Positions 1-10,943 of a DNA stretch of 64,000 nt are shown in pieces; the stretch's first letter is position 1; the number at the start of each line of letters is the position of its first letter. This stretch comes from Bacteroidales bacterium (lineage in GTDB: Bacteria; Bacteroidota; Bacteroidia; Bacteroidales; JAAUTT01): the NCBI GenBank assembly GCA_025361285.1, contig JANYAP010000090.1, positions 8,176 through 72,175 on the forward strand, read 5' to 3'. The translations under genes and the position numbers were made by a program. The notes beneath the pieces are model-generated. The model was not told the DNA's origin and searched no databases. It saw only the letters and a program-made list of their open reading frames with translations.

Positions 1-1200
1 CGAACGACTCGAATGAACGAAATTGCCGAAAAAGGTTTGGCCGCCCACTGGAAATACAAAGGTGGTGAAGTTGAAGATGAAAGTGAAGGCGATAGCGGTT
101 TAGATGCTTGGCTTACCAAAGTTCGTGAGGTGTTAGAAGCTCCCGAATCGGAAACCAACGATTTTATCGATACCTTAAAACCAAGCCTTTACACTAAAGA
201 GATTTTCGTTTTTACTCCTACCGGCGATCTAAAAAAGCTTCCCGCAGGTGCCACCGTGCTCGACTTTGCTTTCGACATACACACTAACGTTGGTAGTGCT
301 TGCATTGGCGCAAAAGTAAACGGCAAAAGCGTTCCTATTCGCCATGTGTTGCAAAACGGCGAACGTGTTGAAATTCTGACTTCTAAAATTCAAAAACCAA
401 AAACCGATTGGCTGTCGTTTGTTGTTACATCGAAGGCTAAAAGCAAGATAAAGAACTTTTTACGAGAGGAATTGCAGAAAAACTCCGAGCAAGGCAAGGA
501 AGTATTGTTGCGTAGATTAAGAAATTGGAAACTCGAATTTAACGATCATAATATTAATAAGTTATTAAAACATTACAAACTTAAAACTGTAACCGATTTG
601 TATGCAGCTATTGCTCAGGAAAAATTCGATGTTTCTGACATTAAAGTTCTATTAAATGAAAAAACCGAATTAGCCAGAACGCCAGAAAAAATTGACGAAG
701 AAGCAATAGAGAAAATTTCGAAAACGCATTCCCTTAAAACCGACGATTTTCTTGTTATCGACGAAATACTCGATAAGCTCGATTATAAGCTTTCGAAATG
801 CTGCAGCCCAATTTTTGGCGACCCAATTTTTGGTTTTGTAACCATAAGCGAAGGGGTTAAAATTCATCGCATTAACTGCCCAAACGCAGCACAAATGATA
901 TCGCGATACGGCTACCGCGTTGTAAAAGCTGCTTGGACTCGCTCCGATGGTTCATCGTTATATCAAGCTGAAATTAAAGTAGTTGGCGTTAACGATATTG
1001 GTATTGTTAGCCGAATAACCGATGCTATTTCGAAGGATTTGAAAGTGAATATGCGCTCGATATCAATCGATACCAGCGATGGCATGTTCGAAGGTTATAT
1101 TAAGCTGTTTGTTAAGGATACAAGCCATTTAGATATTCTTATAAACAAGCTAAAGCGCGTAAAAGGTGTGTTGAACACAAGTCGCATTTCGGCTGTTTAA
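1..1200 (+). CDS. RelA/SpoT-family (p)ppGpp synthetase/hydrolase, C-terminal part (5' end lies outside the window)
   Basis: The frame is open from nt 1. 'AAHWKYK' marks the end of the synthetase region. A TGS-like block 'IFVFTPTGDLKKLPAGATVLDFAFDIH' and a C-terminal ACT-like block 'VVGVNDIGIVSRITDAIS' follow. Confidence 0.85.
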   Translation, partial: RTTRMNEIAEKGLAAHWKYKGGEVEDESEGDSGLDAWLTKVREVLEAPESETNDFIDTLKPSLYTKEIFVFTPTGDLKKLPAGATVLDFAFDIHTNVGSACIGAKVNGKSVPIRHVLQNGERVEILTSKIQKPKTDWLSFVVTSKAKSKIKNFLREELQKNSEQGKEVLLRRLRNWKLEFNDHNINKLLKHYKLKTVTDLYAAIAQEKFDVSDIKVLLNEKTELARTPEKIDEEAIEKISKTHSLKTDDFLVIDEILDKLDYKLSKCCSPIFGDPIFGFVTISEGVKIHRINCPNAAQMISRYGYRVVKAAWTRSDGSSLYQAEIKVVGVNDIGIVSRITDAISKDLKVNMRSISIDTSDGMFEGYIKLFVKDTSHLDILINKLKRVKGVLNTSRISAV

Positions 1201-1270
1201 ACGGCAGTAAAAACAGCCAATTGCAAACGGTATATATTTCATATTTTCGTTTATATTTACAGTAAAAAAT

Positions 1271-2536
1271 ATGTTCTCCTTTAAGTTGCTATTTATGATT
1301 CGATTACTTAATTTACTTTTCGCTATCCTTTGTGTAATTGCATTTTCGTGCAAACCCGATATTTTAGAAACCAATCTTGGATCGCTCGACATTTCCGATG
1401 GTTTTGCGTTAGTAATTCCCGACACGTCAAATACTTACAATCCAAAATTGGTAATAGAAACCAACAAATCTGGGCTATATAAAATTACGGGAAGTTCAAG
1501 TTTGCAAAATGTGTCGTTTATTTCAACCGATGGACGTACCATGGACGATAAATACAATGCCGAAGCCATGTACGACTTAAATGCTGCATATTTGTTTATA
1601 GTGCTTTCGAAAATTAATACTACGCCCAAATTGTTTGAAAGTTATGTAGTTAACAAATATACTGGAGACGTTAAAGCAACCGATTATGTTTTTTATCCGC
1701 AAACCATTGATAATGGAATACTTGTTATCGATTATCGATCGAAAGCCTTTAAAATGGGCAAGGAAAACGAATTTTACTGCTTTTTCGACCAATCGATCGA
1801 AAAAATAAGTATTAGTAAATCTAACGAAGTATCGTTCAACAAAGTAACAATTCCATCGACAACAAATTCGTCATTCAAGGTTGATAATGAAGGTAATATA
1901 TTTACCGATGGCAAAATAGTTACCTCGTCGGCAACGGTTGATGTTGAATGGTATGTAAGCGGCAAGTCTATTATATCGAAGGGTTTTAGTAAAGGTTTTT
2001 TTATGACTACCGCAAAAGATACTTCAATAGAAATAAGCAAGTTAACTATAGAAAACGATGTTGTTAAAAGCGAAATACTTAATGATATTGGCAAGGGCTC
2101 CGATCCATGGTTGTTTCGCGGAAGCGCTGCGTTTACAAACCTAAATTGCACTTTTTTTATGTTTAACAAAGGTATTATTAGCATTAATAACCTCGAAACT
2201 AAAATGTTACCGCTTTCAATATATCAATTGTCGAGCATCGATTTATTCGATTATTCTAAAAAGAAATTGTACTTTACTGGCAGTAGCTATAACGATGAAA
2301 ACAAAAAAATGTTTGTAGAACTAAACCCAGAAAAGACCAGCGAATATTCTTCAACACCAAGCACCACAAGCTATGTGAGTAAAATTAACGTAACATTAAA
2401 CAACATTGTTACTTATATTTCAACCCACTTTACCAATAATACCGAAACATTTTACGTTATACCAGAAACAGAGAACGTAAAGGAAGTTGTTAATAAACAA
2501 AAACTTACTGTTAAACAGATTATGGGGTATAGATAG
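1271..2536 (+). CDS. Hypothetical lipoprotein (421 aa), no domain recognised
   Basis: Long ORF with an N-terminal signal peptide ending in the lipobox-like 'IAFSC'. The body is Ser/Thr/Asn-rich. Confidence 0.65.
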   Translation: MFSFKLLFMIRLLNLLFAILCVIAFSCKPDILETNLGSLDISDGFALVIPDTSNTYNPKLVIETNKSGLYKITGSSSLQNVSFISTDGRTMDDKYNAEAMYDLNAAYLFIVLSKINTTPKLFESYVVNKYTGDVKATDYVFYPQTIDNGILVIDYRSKAFKMGKENEFYCFFDQSIEKISISKSNEVSFNKVTIPSTTNSSFKVDNEGNIFTDGKIVTSSATVDVEWYVSGKSIISKGFSKGFFMTTAKDTSIEISKLTIENDVVKSEILNDIGKGSDPWLFRGSAAFTNLNCTFFMFNKGIISINNLETKMLPLSIYQLSSIDLFDYSKKKLYFTGSSYNDENKKMFVELNPEKTSEYSSTPSTTSYVSKINVTLNNIVTYISTHFTNNTETFYVIPETENVKEVVNKQKLTVKQIMGYR

Positions 2537-2602
2537 GGGAATGTGAAGATGTGATGATAGGGGAATGTGAAAATTTCAAATTACAGATGTGCAAATTACA
2601 AC
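2537..2602. repeat. 3'-flank repeat block (gggaatgtga / caaattaca words) starting right after the stop codon
   Basis: 'gggaatgtgaagatgtga...ggggaatgtgaaaat...caaattacagatgtgcaaattacaac'. It shares an exact 17-mer 'caaattacagatgtgca' with 10959-10975. Confidence 0.8.
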
Positions 2603-2612
2603 AATGATTTAT

Positions 2613-2642
2613 CTCTGTACTCTGTACTCAGTACTCAGTACA
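2613..2642. repeat. Octamer tandem array (ctgtactc/agtactc)
   Basis: 'ctctgtactctgtactcagtactcagtaca', period 8. Confidence 0.8.
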
Positions 2643-2676
2643 CTTTACTTATTACTAATGTCTTACAACTAATCCA

Positions 2677-3849
2677 ATGATAAAAGCATTTCAATTTGCT
2701 CAAACACCTAAAATTATTTTGGGGAACGGTAAAATAGCCGAATTGCCTGGAATTACAAAAAGTTTTGGAGGCGAGGTGCTGCTTGTAACAGGCGCAAACT
2801 CGTTTTATTTTTCTAAACACGGCGAATATTTATTGAATACCTTCGAAATGACAGGCGTACGTTGCCATCACATAATTATTGCCCGCGAACCTTCGCCCGA
2901 AATGATTGACCATGCAGCAATTCGATACCGTGATACGAACATTCAACTGGTTATTGCCATTGGTGGCGGTAGCGCTATCGATGCAGGAAAGGCTATTTCG
3001 GCAATGCTTAACAAAACCGAGTTAGTTACCGAGTTTTTGGAAGGGGTAGGGTCGAAGGATCATCCTGGAACAAAAGTGCCTTTTATAGCCGTTCCAACTA
3101 CCTCAGGTACAGGTAGCGAAGCAACTAAGAATGCCGTTATTTCGCGAATTGGCAGGAATGGCTTTAAACGATCGCTGCGCCACGATAATTTCGTTCCCGA
3201 TTATGCAATTGTCGACCCCGAATTAACTTATAACTGCCCGCCAAACATAACTGCTGCTTGTGGCATGGATTGCTTTACACAGCTTGTTGAAGCCTACTTG
3301 TCCGATAAATCATCGGTGCTTTCCGATGCATTGGCACTCGACGGCATCCGCACCCTAACAAACTCGTTACCACGCGCTTGGAAATGGGGTCAAGATATTG
3401 AAGCACGCACAGGCATGTCGTATGCAGCTTTGCAATCGGGTATTTGCCTCGCAAATGCGGGGTTAGGAGTTGTTCACGGGTTTGCCTCGTCGGTAGGAGC
3501 ATTGTACAACGTACCTCATGGTAATATTTGCGCTACATTAATGGCAACCGCTAACACAATAACCGTTAGGAAGCTACGCGAAGAAACGCCAAAGCATATT
3601 GCACTTATAAAATACGCCGAACTCGGAAAAATTACTTCCTCACAAGCAGGCAATTGCGACGAATATTATGTAGATGCGTTTCTCGATAAACTACACGAAT
3701 GGACTGATACAATGAACATTGCCCGTTTAAGTAGTTTTGGCGTTACCACCGACGATATCGATAAAATAGTTTCGGCTACCGATTGCAAAAATAACCCTAT
3801 AAAACTCAATAACAGCGAATTAAAGGAAATATTATTGCAAAGAATTTAG
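2677..3849 (+). CDS. Iron-containing (group III) alcohol dehydrogenase
   Basis: 390 aa. 'AIGGGSAIDAGKA' and 'PTTSGTGSE' are blocks typical of Fe-ADH. Confidence 0.85.
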   Translation: MIKAFQFAQTPKIILGNGKIAELPGITKSFGGEVLLVTGANSFYFSKHGEYLLNTFEMTGVRCHHIIIAREPSPEMIDHAAIRYRDTNIQLVIAIGGGSAIDAGKAISAMLNKTELVTEFLEGVGSKDHPGTKVPFIAVPTTSGTGSEATKNAVISRIGRNGFKRSLRHDNFVPDYAIVDPELTYNCPPNITAACGMDCFTQLVEAYLSDKSSVLSDALALDGIRTLTNSLPRAWKWGQDIEARTGMSYAALQSGICLANAGLGVVHGFASSVGALYNVPHGNICATLMATANTITVRKLREETPKHIALIKYAELGKITSSQAGNCDEYYVDAFLDKLHEWTDTMNIARLSSFGVTTDDIDKIVSATDCKNNPIKLNNSELKEILLQRI

Positions 3850-3870
3850 GCTGGAGGCTGGAGGCTGTAG
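3848..3870. repeat. Octamer array aggctggaggctggaggctgtag overlapping the adh stop codon
   Basis: Period-8 direct repeat. An inverted copy lies at 4054-4067. Confidence 0.85.
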
Positions 3871-3964
3871 ATCTTCTGACTTTGCGTAAACTATATTGTC
3901 CTAATTATTACCATTATTTAAGTATTGATTTTATCTTTAAGTCTGCTCGGTAAATACGATTTAG

Positions 3965-3992
3965 TGTCATTCCGACCTACGTCGGAATGACA
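3965..3992. repeat. Perfect 12-bp-stem palindromic hairpin (tgtcattccgac-ctac-gtcggaatgaca)
   Basis: Read directly from the sequence. It belongs to the same hairpin family as those inside 11065-11365. Confidence 0.9.
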
Positions 3993-4050
3993 GCATACTT
4001 TTAAGGATCGCCAATCTGGAGGGTTGTTCCATTCTTGGAATTGTACGACT

Positions 4051-4072
4051 CTTCCAGCCTCCAGCCTAAAAG
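4051..4072. repeat. Inverted copy of the ggctggag array, directly 3' of the minus-strand PPIase stop
   Basis: 'ccagcctccagcct' (4054-4067) is the exact reverse complement of 3848-3861. Confidence 0.85.
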
Positions 4073-4510
4073 CTACTCTTCGGTAACCACAATCTTTTCA
4101 ATTACATCGCCTTCGCGGATACTGTCGATAACATCCAAGCCATCGTAAACCTTGCCAAAGCAAGTGTGTACCCTATCGAGGTGGCTAGTATTTGAGCGGC
4201 TGTGGCACACAAAAAATTGCGATCCGCCAGTATCTTTACCTGCATGAGCCATCGATAGCACACCTCTATCGTGAAATTGATTATCGCCACCAGTTTCGCA
4301 CTTAATTTTGTACCCTGGGCCGCCAACGCCAGTACCTTTAGGGCATCCACCTTGTATAACAAAGTTTGGTATAACCCTGTGGAACGTTAAACCATTATAA
4401 AACCCTTCCTTCGAAAGCTTTACAAAATTAGCAACCGTGTTTGGAGCATCTTTATCGAAGAAATTAACCTTCATAACTCCCTTTTCTGTGTGAATTTCTG
4501 CTTTTGCCAT
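4073..4510 (-). CDS. Cyclophilin-type peptidyl-prolyl cis-trans isomerase
   Basis: 145 aa. '[13 protein letters not shown]' and 'GSQFFV' are cyclophilin signatures. Confidence 0.9.
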   Translation of the reverse strand: MAKAEIHTEKGVMKVNFFDKDAPNTVANFVKLSKEGFYNGLTFHRVIPNFVIQGGCPKGTGVGGPGYKIKCETGGDNQFHDRGVLSMAHAGKDTGGSQFFVCHSRSNTSHLDRVHTCFGKVYDGLDVIDSIREGDVIEKIVVTEE

Positions 4511-4711
4511 TTTTATCTTATTTATTTCGATTTTGAGGCTGCAAAACTACGTTTTTTTTCAATTATTACTAGCTTTTCGAAGTCGGTTATACTACCCATT
4601 TTTCAATTCCGACAAATCATTTTTATCTTCATTTATGCCTTATTTGCCTTAAAACACAACAAATACCTTATAATTTACAAATCATTATTCACATTTACAA
4701 GTTAATTATTT

Positions 4712-4719
4712 TAACTTTG
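4712..4719 (+). promoter_or_regulatory. Candidate Bacteroidota -7 box (TAACTTTG) upstream of the giant ORF
   Basis: It matches TAnnTTTG and lies 60 nt upstream of the GTG start. No clear -33 TTTG was found. Confidence 0.3.
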
Positions 4720-4778
4720 GGCTGTTTTAAGCGTAAAAAGCAATATAATATACAATTATTAAAAAAAGTATATACTCC

Positions 4779-7700
4779 GTGAAATCAAATCTACCAAATA
4801 ACCTAAACCGTTTTTCGAAATGCCAATACTACTGGCTAATGTTTGTGTTGCTAATCGTTGGCATGGCGCCACTAAAAGCACAAATAGATAAGGAATTTTG
4901 GTTTGCTATACCAAAGGAAACCCAAGGACATGGTTGGCTTGATGGAACTAACTTCGCTAGTTTTAAAATTATTAATATAGATAAGTCGTTTCCTGCAACA
5001 GTTAAAATTGAAATGCCATTAAACGATGTTGCATACCCTACCCAAACCATTGTTATACCGCCAGGAGAATCGTATGTACACATTTTGGCTACAACATATC
5101 CCCAGTTCGATGCCATATATGCCAACCCAACCGCCGGAAATGTTAAACCAATTTCAGGATCTACTAAAAGAGGGATACACATAATATCCGACGTAAACAT
5201 CACAGTATATTACGATTATGATAATTTCTATAATAGGGAACTATTTGCGCTAAAAGGCGCAAATAGTTTGGGTACCGATTTTTTTACTCCATTTCAAACA
5301 ATATGGTATAACGATTCTATAAATTATAGTCCAGCACCTACATCATCTATTGAAATTGTTGCAACCGAGAATGGCACAGTAGTAACTATAGAACCAACTG
5401 TTATTTTTCAAGGCTTTATTAGTTTAGCGAATATTACTATCAATTTAAATAGAGGTGAAACCTATTCACTTGTAGCTAAAATATACAATGGACGTTACCA
5501 CCCTTCTGGTACACGCATAAGGAGTAATAAAAAAATTGCTGTATCTATTAACGACGATTCTGTTTGGCTTCAAAATTCAGGTGGCTGTCGCGACATAATA
5601 GGCGACCAATTAGTGCCTACCAATATTATAGGCAAGGATTATGTGGTTATGTGCGGTGATGCATCATTTATATCGCTTGGTGGCGGAGTAAAAAATCCGT
5701 TACGTGGCGAACAAATTTTCGTTGTTGCTACCGAAGACAATACAACTGTAACATTTCGAGATACATCTGGTACAATAATTTATTCAACGCTATTAAATAG
5801 AGGGGAAACCGATTATATTTCGCCTGATATAAATCTTCACGCACAGAATGCAATACATGTGAAAGGATCCGATTCAATTTACGTATTACACATTACTGGC
5901 ATTGGTTGCGAAATAGGTGGCGCATTGCTACCTCCTATTACCGATTGTACTGGCTCATCGGAAGTTACATTTTATCGGTCGAGTACAGTTACTGAGTTAA
6001 CGCTTAATCTTATGATTCAAATCGATACAGCCGATTCTAATAATCCAACTATAAAAATACCTTTTGATGCAGCCAACCAATCATACAAATTTTTTACTAT
6101 TTATACTAAAAGTCTCCCTCCATTTAAAATTCCTAACGATTGGTTCGAGCCTATAAAATCGGCAGGATGGGCAGCTTTGAAAAAAGAGCATAGAGGTTTA
6201 TCTACACTAATAATTCCTGAAAATGAACCCGTTACTATTAAAAATAGTAACTCCGATAACAGTTTTTTTCATTTGGGTATGACAAACGGCCAAGGTGGGC
6301 GAACAAACAAATACGGTTACTTTTCGTCGTATAGTAAGTTTAAACCTGGCGCCAATACTGGTGCATTATACCGAAATCAAGATAAAAAATGTTTTGGGGA
6401 ACCTATTTATTTAAGAGCGGGTGGAGGTAATGATTATACTTGGTGGCATATAGATCCTAATACTGGTGCGCGAACTCATAATTATTTGAGCGATTATAAA
6501 TCGGCAAACCCTATTGCTTATTGTCCTACAGGTATAAACACCTTTGAAGTTTTAATACACATGGCGAAATGTTTCCCCGATACAACCATGCAACTACCTA
6601 TTGTGGTTCGCCCCGAAATAAAATCGGCTATTACAACCAATAAAACAACAACTTGCGCTCCCGATAGTGTTATAGTTACAAATAATTCTACTACTGGTGA
6701 CAAAATTCAATACCAATGGTACATACAAGAAGATAGCCAAACCGACAAACAAATTAGTCCAGCAAGCAACATTCAATTTACGCTTCCAGAGTCGTTGGGC
6801 GTTTTTAATAATAACACCAATGTTCCAATTAATTACACCATTAAGTTAAAAACTAGCTATGCCCTCGAATGCGTGGCCACTGCCACAAAGGATATAACTA
6901 TTTACCCCGAAATTAGTGCTAACTTTACGCCTATAAACACCGTTAGCTGTAACCCGGCACTTATACCGTTTACAAATTTATCGGCTGGCAATGTAACTAA
7001 CAAATCTTACACATGGTTATTTGGCGATGGAGCATCGTCGGTAGCATTCGAACCTGACCACACATTCGAAAACATATTTAAACAAGACGACGATACTTTT
7101 GACGTTCAGTTGGTTGCAGCATCGCCTTACTATTGCCGCGATACCGCCACGGGTACTGTTATAGTGCATCCGTATATAAAGGCTGGCTTTACCGTCGATA
7201 CTGTAAAGGGATGCAGTCCATTAACTATTCGCATTACAAATAATTCGCAGAACCCCGGTGCTATAAAGAATTCTACTGGCAAAAAGGCTTATGAATGGGA
7301 TTTTGGCCATGGACTTCGCGATACTACTAGCAAACAATCGTTTACCCATACATTTCCCGCAAACACTGGCGCAGGTCCAATGCAATATAAGGTGTTGTTA
7401 ACTGTTAGAAATAATAGTGCCTTCCCGCTGCCTGTTGGCTGCCCCGATACAATTTCGAGGCAAATTGTTGTATTTCCACAAGCTTCGGTTTCGTTATTTA
7501 TGAACCCCGACAAAAACGAACTATGCGATTCCACGGCTGTGCAGTTTACCGCCGCGAACCCAAGTGATGCCGTAACTTCATATTTATGGGATTTTGGCGA
7601 TGGAAACACATCAACCCAACAAAACCCTCAACACTTGTATAGAAACTTGTCGTTACGCGATACAACATATACCGTAACGCTTACCGGCTTTTCCGATACT

Positions 7701-10700
7701 TATTGCAATGCCATTGAAACCAAGGATATTGTTGTACACCCTTTTCTCGATGCGCAGTTTGGTATGGATGTACCTTCGCATTGCGCACCTTTTGAAGCCA
7801 CCATTACAAACAAATCGAGGGGCGGAAATATTGCATATAACTTGGATTATGGCGATGGTAGTCTTCATAACTTTACAGATTTCACTACCATAAAGCATAC
7901 ATACACAAATAGTTCGCAAGGCACTTTAACACCAAATGTAAAGCTTTTAATAACTAATGGCAACAGAGTTTGCCGCGATTCGGTTATTCAGCCATTAAGT
8001 GTGTTTCCACAAATTAAGGCTAACTTCTTGCCTTCGGTTAAATTAGGTTGCAACCCATTAACGGTTAAATTTACCAACCTATCTACAAAAAATGTAGCAA
8101 CCAATTTCTTATGGAATTTCGACGACAACGGAACATCGTCAACCATATTCGAACCTACGCATATATTCAACAATACTTCAGCTTTACAAAAATCTTATAA
8201 TGTTAAACTTACAACAACTTCGGCAAATAATTGCGTGGACGATACCACAATCGAAATAAGGGTTGAGCCATATCTGGAAGCCAAGTTTTCAGTCGATTCG
8301 GCTATTGGTTGTTCGCCTTTCACTATAAAAATTACGAATTCGTCGCGCGGAGCCGAAACAACAACATGGACACCATCTGGTGTTAACAACAACGATCCAA
8401 AGCTTACGTTTACAAATTTAGGTTTAACGCCAAAGGATGAAACACTTAAAATACGAGTTAGTAATGGAAACGACCAGTGTTTTAAGGAAATGTCTATTAC
8501 GCTAAAAATTTACCCCGAAGTTGTTGCCAATTTTACTGCTGTTGATACTATAGGCTGCAACCCATTGGGTGTAAAATTTACCTATACGCCCACGAATGGT
8601 AGAGCTGAACCAACCGAATTAGATTGGGATTTCGGCGATAACGGAACGTTTTCAGAAAAATATAAAAAGCCGTACAAACCCACTTGGCATACATATGAAA
8701 ATTTAAGGTCTGATAAATGGTCTTACACCGCAACGCTCAAGGCTACATCGCAGTTTAAATGCAGCACATCTAAAACGCAAACAATAACGGTTTACCCGTA
8801 TATCGATTCCGATTTCGTACTCGATTCGTCGGCCAGTTGTTCGCCATATACGGTAAACTTCATTAACGCTTCGCCATCGGGCGTAAAGGGGGGATATATA
8901 TATTACGACGACACCAATCTACCGGAAAACTTCACTGGTAACCCTAAGCTTTTTAAACAGCATATTTTCAGAAACTTAACCAATTCAGTAAAGACGTATT
9001 CGCCAAAGTTGGTTGTTTATTATTTAGATGGTGCTAAGGTAGTTTGTAAGGATTCGATAACCCGACAAGTAACCATTTACCCCGAAGTTACTGCAAATTT
9101 TACACCCGATAAATTGGCTATTTGCAGCCCCGGAAGTATTACGTTTACAAATTCGTCGCTACTAGGTTCTAAACTAGCTAATTCTAAAGATGTAGATTAC
9201 AACTGGTGGTTTGGCGATAACGGCACATCAAACAGTCCTAAACCTACTGTTGCACACTCGTTTATAAATTACAGTAATATCGACGATAGCGTAAAAACGG
9301 TTACTCTCGATGTTACCTCGAAATTTTTGTGTAAGTCTACGAAAAACATTCCTATTACCATACACCCAAAGCCAAGGGCGCAGTTTGCCGTAGACAGAAC
9401 TATCGATTGCCCGCCATTTAACGTATTAGTTCATAACCAATCGATTGCAAAGGAAAATACTACTAGCTACACATACTCGTATGGCGACACAACTAATAGT
9501 GTTGATGGTCCATTTTTAACCCTCGATTCGCCACCAGCTTTTGCATACGACAATTTTAGAGCCGATATTGCCGCATATAATTTGCAGCTTTTGGTTGAAA
9601 CCGAATTCAAGTGCACCGATATAGCATCGCAAACCATTAGCGTTTACCCACACGTACTTCCGGAATTTACACCCGATACTGCTGGTTGCAACCCTTTAAC
9701 AGTGCTGTTTAAAAACAACACCCAACGGGCAAAAACTTATTTATGGAATTTTGGCGACAACGTAACAGGCAAAATAAAATCGCCTATGCATAAGTACTTT
9801 AACCCCAAAACATACGACACCACATACACCGCAACCATGATAGGTTATTCGGAATATGGCTGTGCCGATACTGCCACACGAGAAATTACCGTTTACCCGC
9901 AGCCCGCAGCCGAGTTTTCGGCATTGCCATCGCATTTGTACTTTCCCGATAATATAATTACTATTAAAAATGAAACCAATGCAGGTAGCTGGAAATATTT
10001 TTGGGATTATGCCGATGGGCAGAGCGATACAATAATAGAACCAAAACGGCACGAGTTTTTGCAATGGGGTGGTTACGATGTTAAGTTAATAGCTTCGAGC
10101 GATAAATGCAGAGATTCTATTACGCACTTTATTCGAGTTTTCCCGCCAATACCAATATCCGATTTGGAAACTAGTGAAAACGGCTGCGTACCTTTAACTG
10201 CAACCTTTACCGACCGTTCAACATGGGCTACAAGCTGGCTATGGGAGTTCGACGATGGCTCCACTTCAACCGAACAAAACCCAACGCATATATATGTAAA
10301 CCCTGGTAAGTACGAGGTTAAGCTTACCGTTGAAGGCGATGGGGGCGAGGCCACCACATACCGTACGGTTGATGTTTACCCAAAACCAACTATTGGCTTT
10401 TCGTCGAACCCTATGCTTGTAATGTTGGGCAATTCGGAAGTTAAATTTCGCAACACAACAAAAAATGGAGTCCGATACCTATGGAATTTTGGCGATACCG
10501 CAACATCAACCGAACTCGAACCTATACATAAATATACCGAGCTAGGTAACTATAATGTTAAGCTTCAGGCATGGTCGGTTTACAATTGCTACGCCGATAG
10601 CACAGCTACAAATACTATTATGGTGGAAGGACAAGGAAAAATTGAATTTCCTAATGCATTCAATCCAAACGAAGGTGGCTCGAATGGTGGCGTGTACAAT

Positions 10701-10943
10701 ACAACCAACGACACCGAAAATCAGGTTTTTCACCCATTTAGCGAAGGCGTTATTGAGTACACTTTAGAAATATACGATCGCTGGGGCGAGAAACTGTTCG
10801 AAACCACCGATCCGCTTATTGGCTGGGACGGTTATTACAAAGGAAAGATATGCAAATCGGATGTATATATTTGGAAAGCTAAAGGTAAGTACACCAATGG
10901 TTTAACATTCGATAAGGCTGGCGATGTTACTTTGCTGCGATAA
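4779..10943 (+). CDS. Giant secreted/surface protein (2054 aa): signal peptide, ~600-aa N-terminal domain, ~15 PKD-like repeats, and a T9SS type-B (gliding-motility CHU_C-like) C-terminal sorting domain
   Basis: GTG start. The signal peptide ends '...APLKAQ'. A recurring ~85-90-aa unit has the pattern 'Y.W.FGDG..S....P.H.Y' (e.g. YLWDFGDGNTSTQQNPQHLY, WLWEFDDGSTSTEQNPTHIY). The C-terminus 'FPNAFNPN...FHPF...LEIYDRWGEKLFET...GWDGYYKGK...DVYIWKAKG' is typical of the type-B CTD. Confidence 0.9.
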   Translation: MKSNLPNNLNRFSKCQYYWLMFVLLIVGMAPLKAQIDKEFWFAIPKETQGHGWLDGTNFASFKIINIDKSFPATVKIEMPLNDVAYPTQTIVIPPGESYVHILATTYPQFDAIYANPTAGNVKPISGSTKRGIHIISDVNITVYYDYDNFYNRELFALKGANSLGTDFFTPFQTIWYNDSINYSPAPTSSIEIVATENGTVVTIEPTVIFQGFISLANITINLNRGETYSLVAKIYNGRYHPSGTRIRSNKKIAVSINDDSVWLQNSGGCRDIIGDQLVPTNIIGKDYVVMCGDASFISLGGGVKNPLRGEQIFVVATEDNTTVTFRDTSGTIIYSTLLNRGETDYISPDINLHAQNAIHVKGSDSIYVLHITGIGCEIGGALLPPITDCTGSSEVTFYRSSTVTELTLNLMIQIDTADSNNPTIKIPFDAANQSYKFFTIYTKSLPPFKIPNDWFEPIKSAGWAALKKEHRGLSTLIIPENEPVTIKNSNSDNSFFHLGMTNGQGGRTNKYGYFSSYSKFKPGANTGALYRNQDKKCFGEPIYLRAGGGNDYTWWHIDPNTGARTHNYLSDYKSANPIAYCPTGINTFEVLIHMAKCFPDTTMQLPIVVRPEIKSAITTNKTTTCAPDSVIVTNNSTTGDKIQYQWYIQEDSQTDKQISPASNIQFTLPESLGVFNNNTNVPINYTIKLKTSYALECVATATKDITIYPEISANFTPINTVSCNPALIPFTNLSAGNVTNKSYTWLFGDGASSVAFEPDHTFENIFKQDDDTFDVQLVAASPYYCRDTATGTVIVHPYIKAGFTVDTVKGCSPLTIRITNNSQNPGAIKNSTGKKAYEWDFGHGLRDTTSKQSFTHTFPANTGAGPMQYKVLLTVRNNSAFPLPVGCPDTISRQIVVFPQASVSLFMNPDKNELCDSTAVQFTAANPSDAVTSYLWDFGDGNTSTQQNPQHLYRNLSLRDTTYTVTLTGFSDTYCNAIETKDIVVHPFLDAQFGMDVPSHCAPFEATITNKSRGGNIAYNLDYGDGSLHNFTDFTTIKHTYTNSSQGTLTPNVKLLITNGNRVCRDSVIQPLSVFPQIKANFLPSVKLGCNPLTVKFTNLSTKNVATNFLWNFDDNGTSSTIFEPTHIFNNTSALQKSYNVKLTTTSANNCVDDTTIEIRVEPYLEAKFSVDSAIGCSPFTIKITNSSRGAETTTWTPSGVNNNDPKLTFTNLGLTPKDETLKIRVSNGNDQCFKEMSITLKIYPEVVANFTAVDTIGCNPLGVKFTYTPTNGRAEPTELDWDFGDNGTFSEKYKKPYKPTWHTYENLRSDKWSYTATLKATSQFKCSTSKTQTITVYPYIDSDFVLDSSASCSPYTVNFINASPSGVKGGYIYYDDTNLPENFTGNPKLFKQHIFRNLTNSVKTYSPKLVVYYLDGAKVVCKDSITRQVTIYPEVTANFTPDKLAICSPGSITFTNSSLLGSKLANSKDVDYNWWFGDNGTSNSPKPTVAHSFINYSNIDDSVKTVTLDVTSKFLCKSTKNIPITIHPKPRAQFAVDRTIDCPPFNVLVHNQSIAKENTTSYTYSYGDTTNSVDGPFLTLDSPPAFAYDNFRADIAAYNLQLLVETEFKCTDIASQTISVYPHVLPEFTPDTAGCNPLTVLFKNNTQRAKTYLWNFGDNVTGKIKSPMHKYFNPKTYDTTYTATMIGYSEYGCADTATREITVYPQPAAEFSALPSHLYFPDNIITIKNETNAGSWKYFWDYADGQSDTIIEPKRHEFLQWGGYDVKLIASSDKCRDSITHFIRVFPPIPISDLETSENGCVPLTATFTDRSTWATSWLWEFDDGSTSTEQNPTHIYVNPGKYEVKLTVEGDGGEATTYRTVDVYPKPTIGFSSNPMLVMLGNSEVKFRNTTKNGVRYLWNFGDTATSTELEPIHKYTELGNYNVKLQAWSVYNCYADSTATNTIMVEGQGKIEFPNAFNPNEGGSNGGVYNTTNDTENQVFHPFSEGVIEYTLEIYDRWGEKLFETTDPLIGWDGYYKGKICKSDVYIWKAKGKYTNGLTFDKAGDVTLLR

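Noticed and set aside
4490-4705. 71-aa ORF in the AT-rich region upstream of the giant gene (also 61803..62045, 37597..37779, 37610..37834, 54101..54298)
   Set aside because: These are Phe/Ile/Leu-rich translations of AT-rich or repeat DNA. They overlap better genes or repeat arrays and show no signal of real coding.
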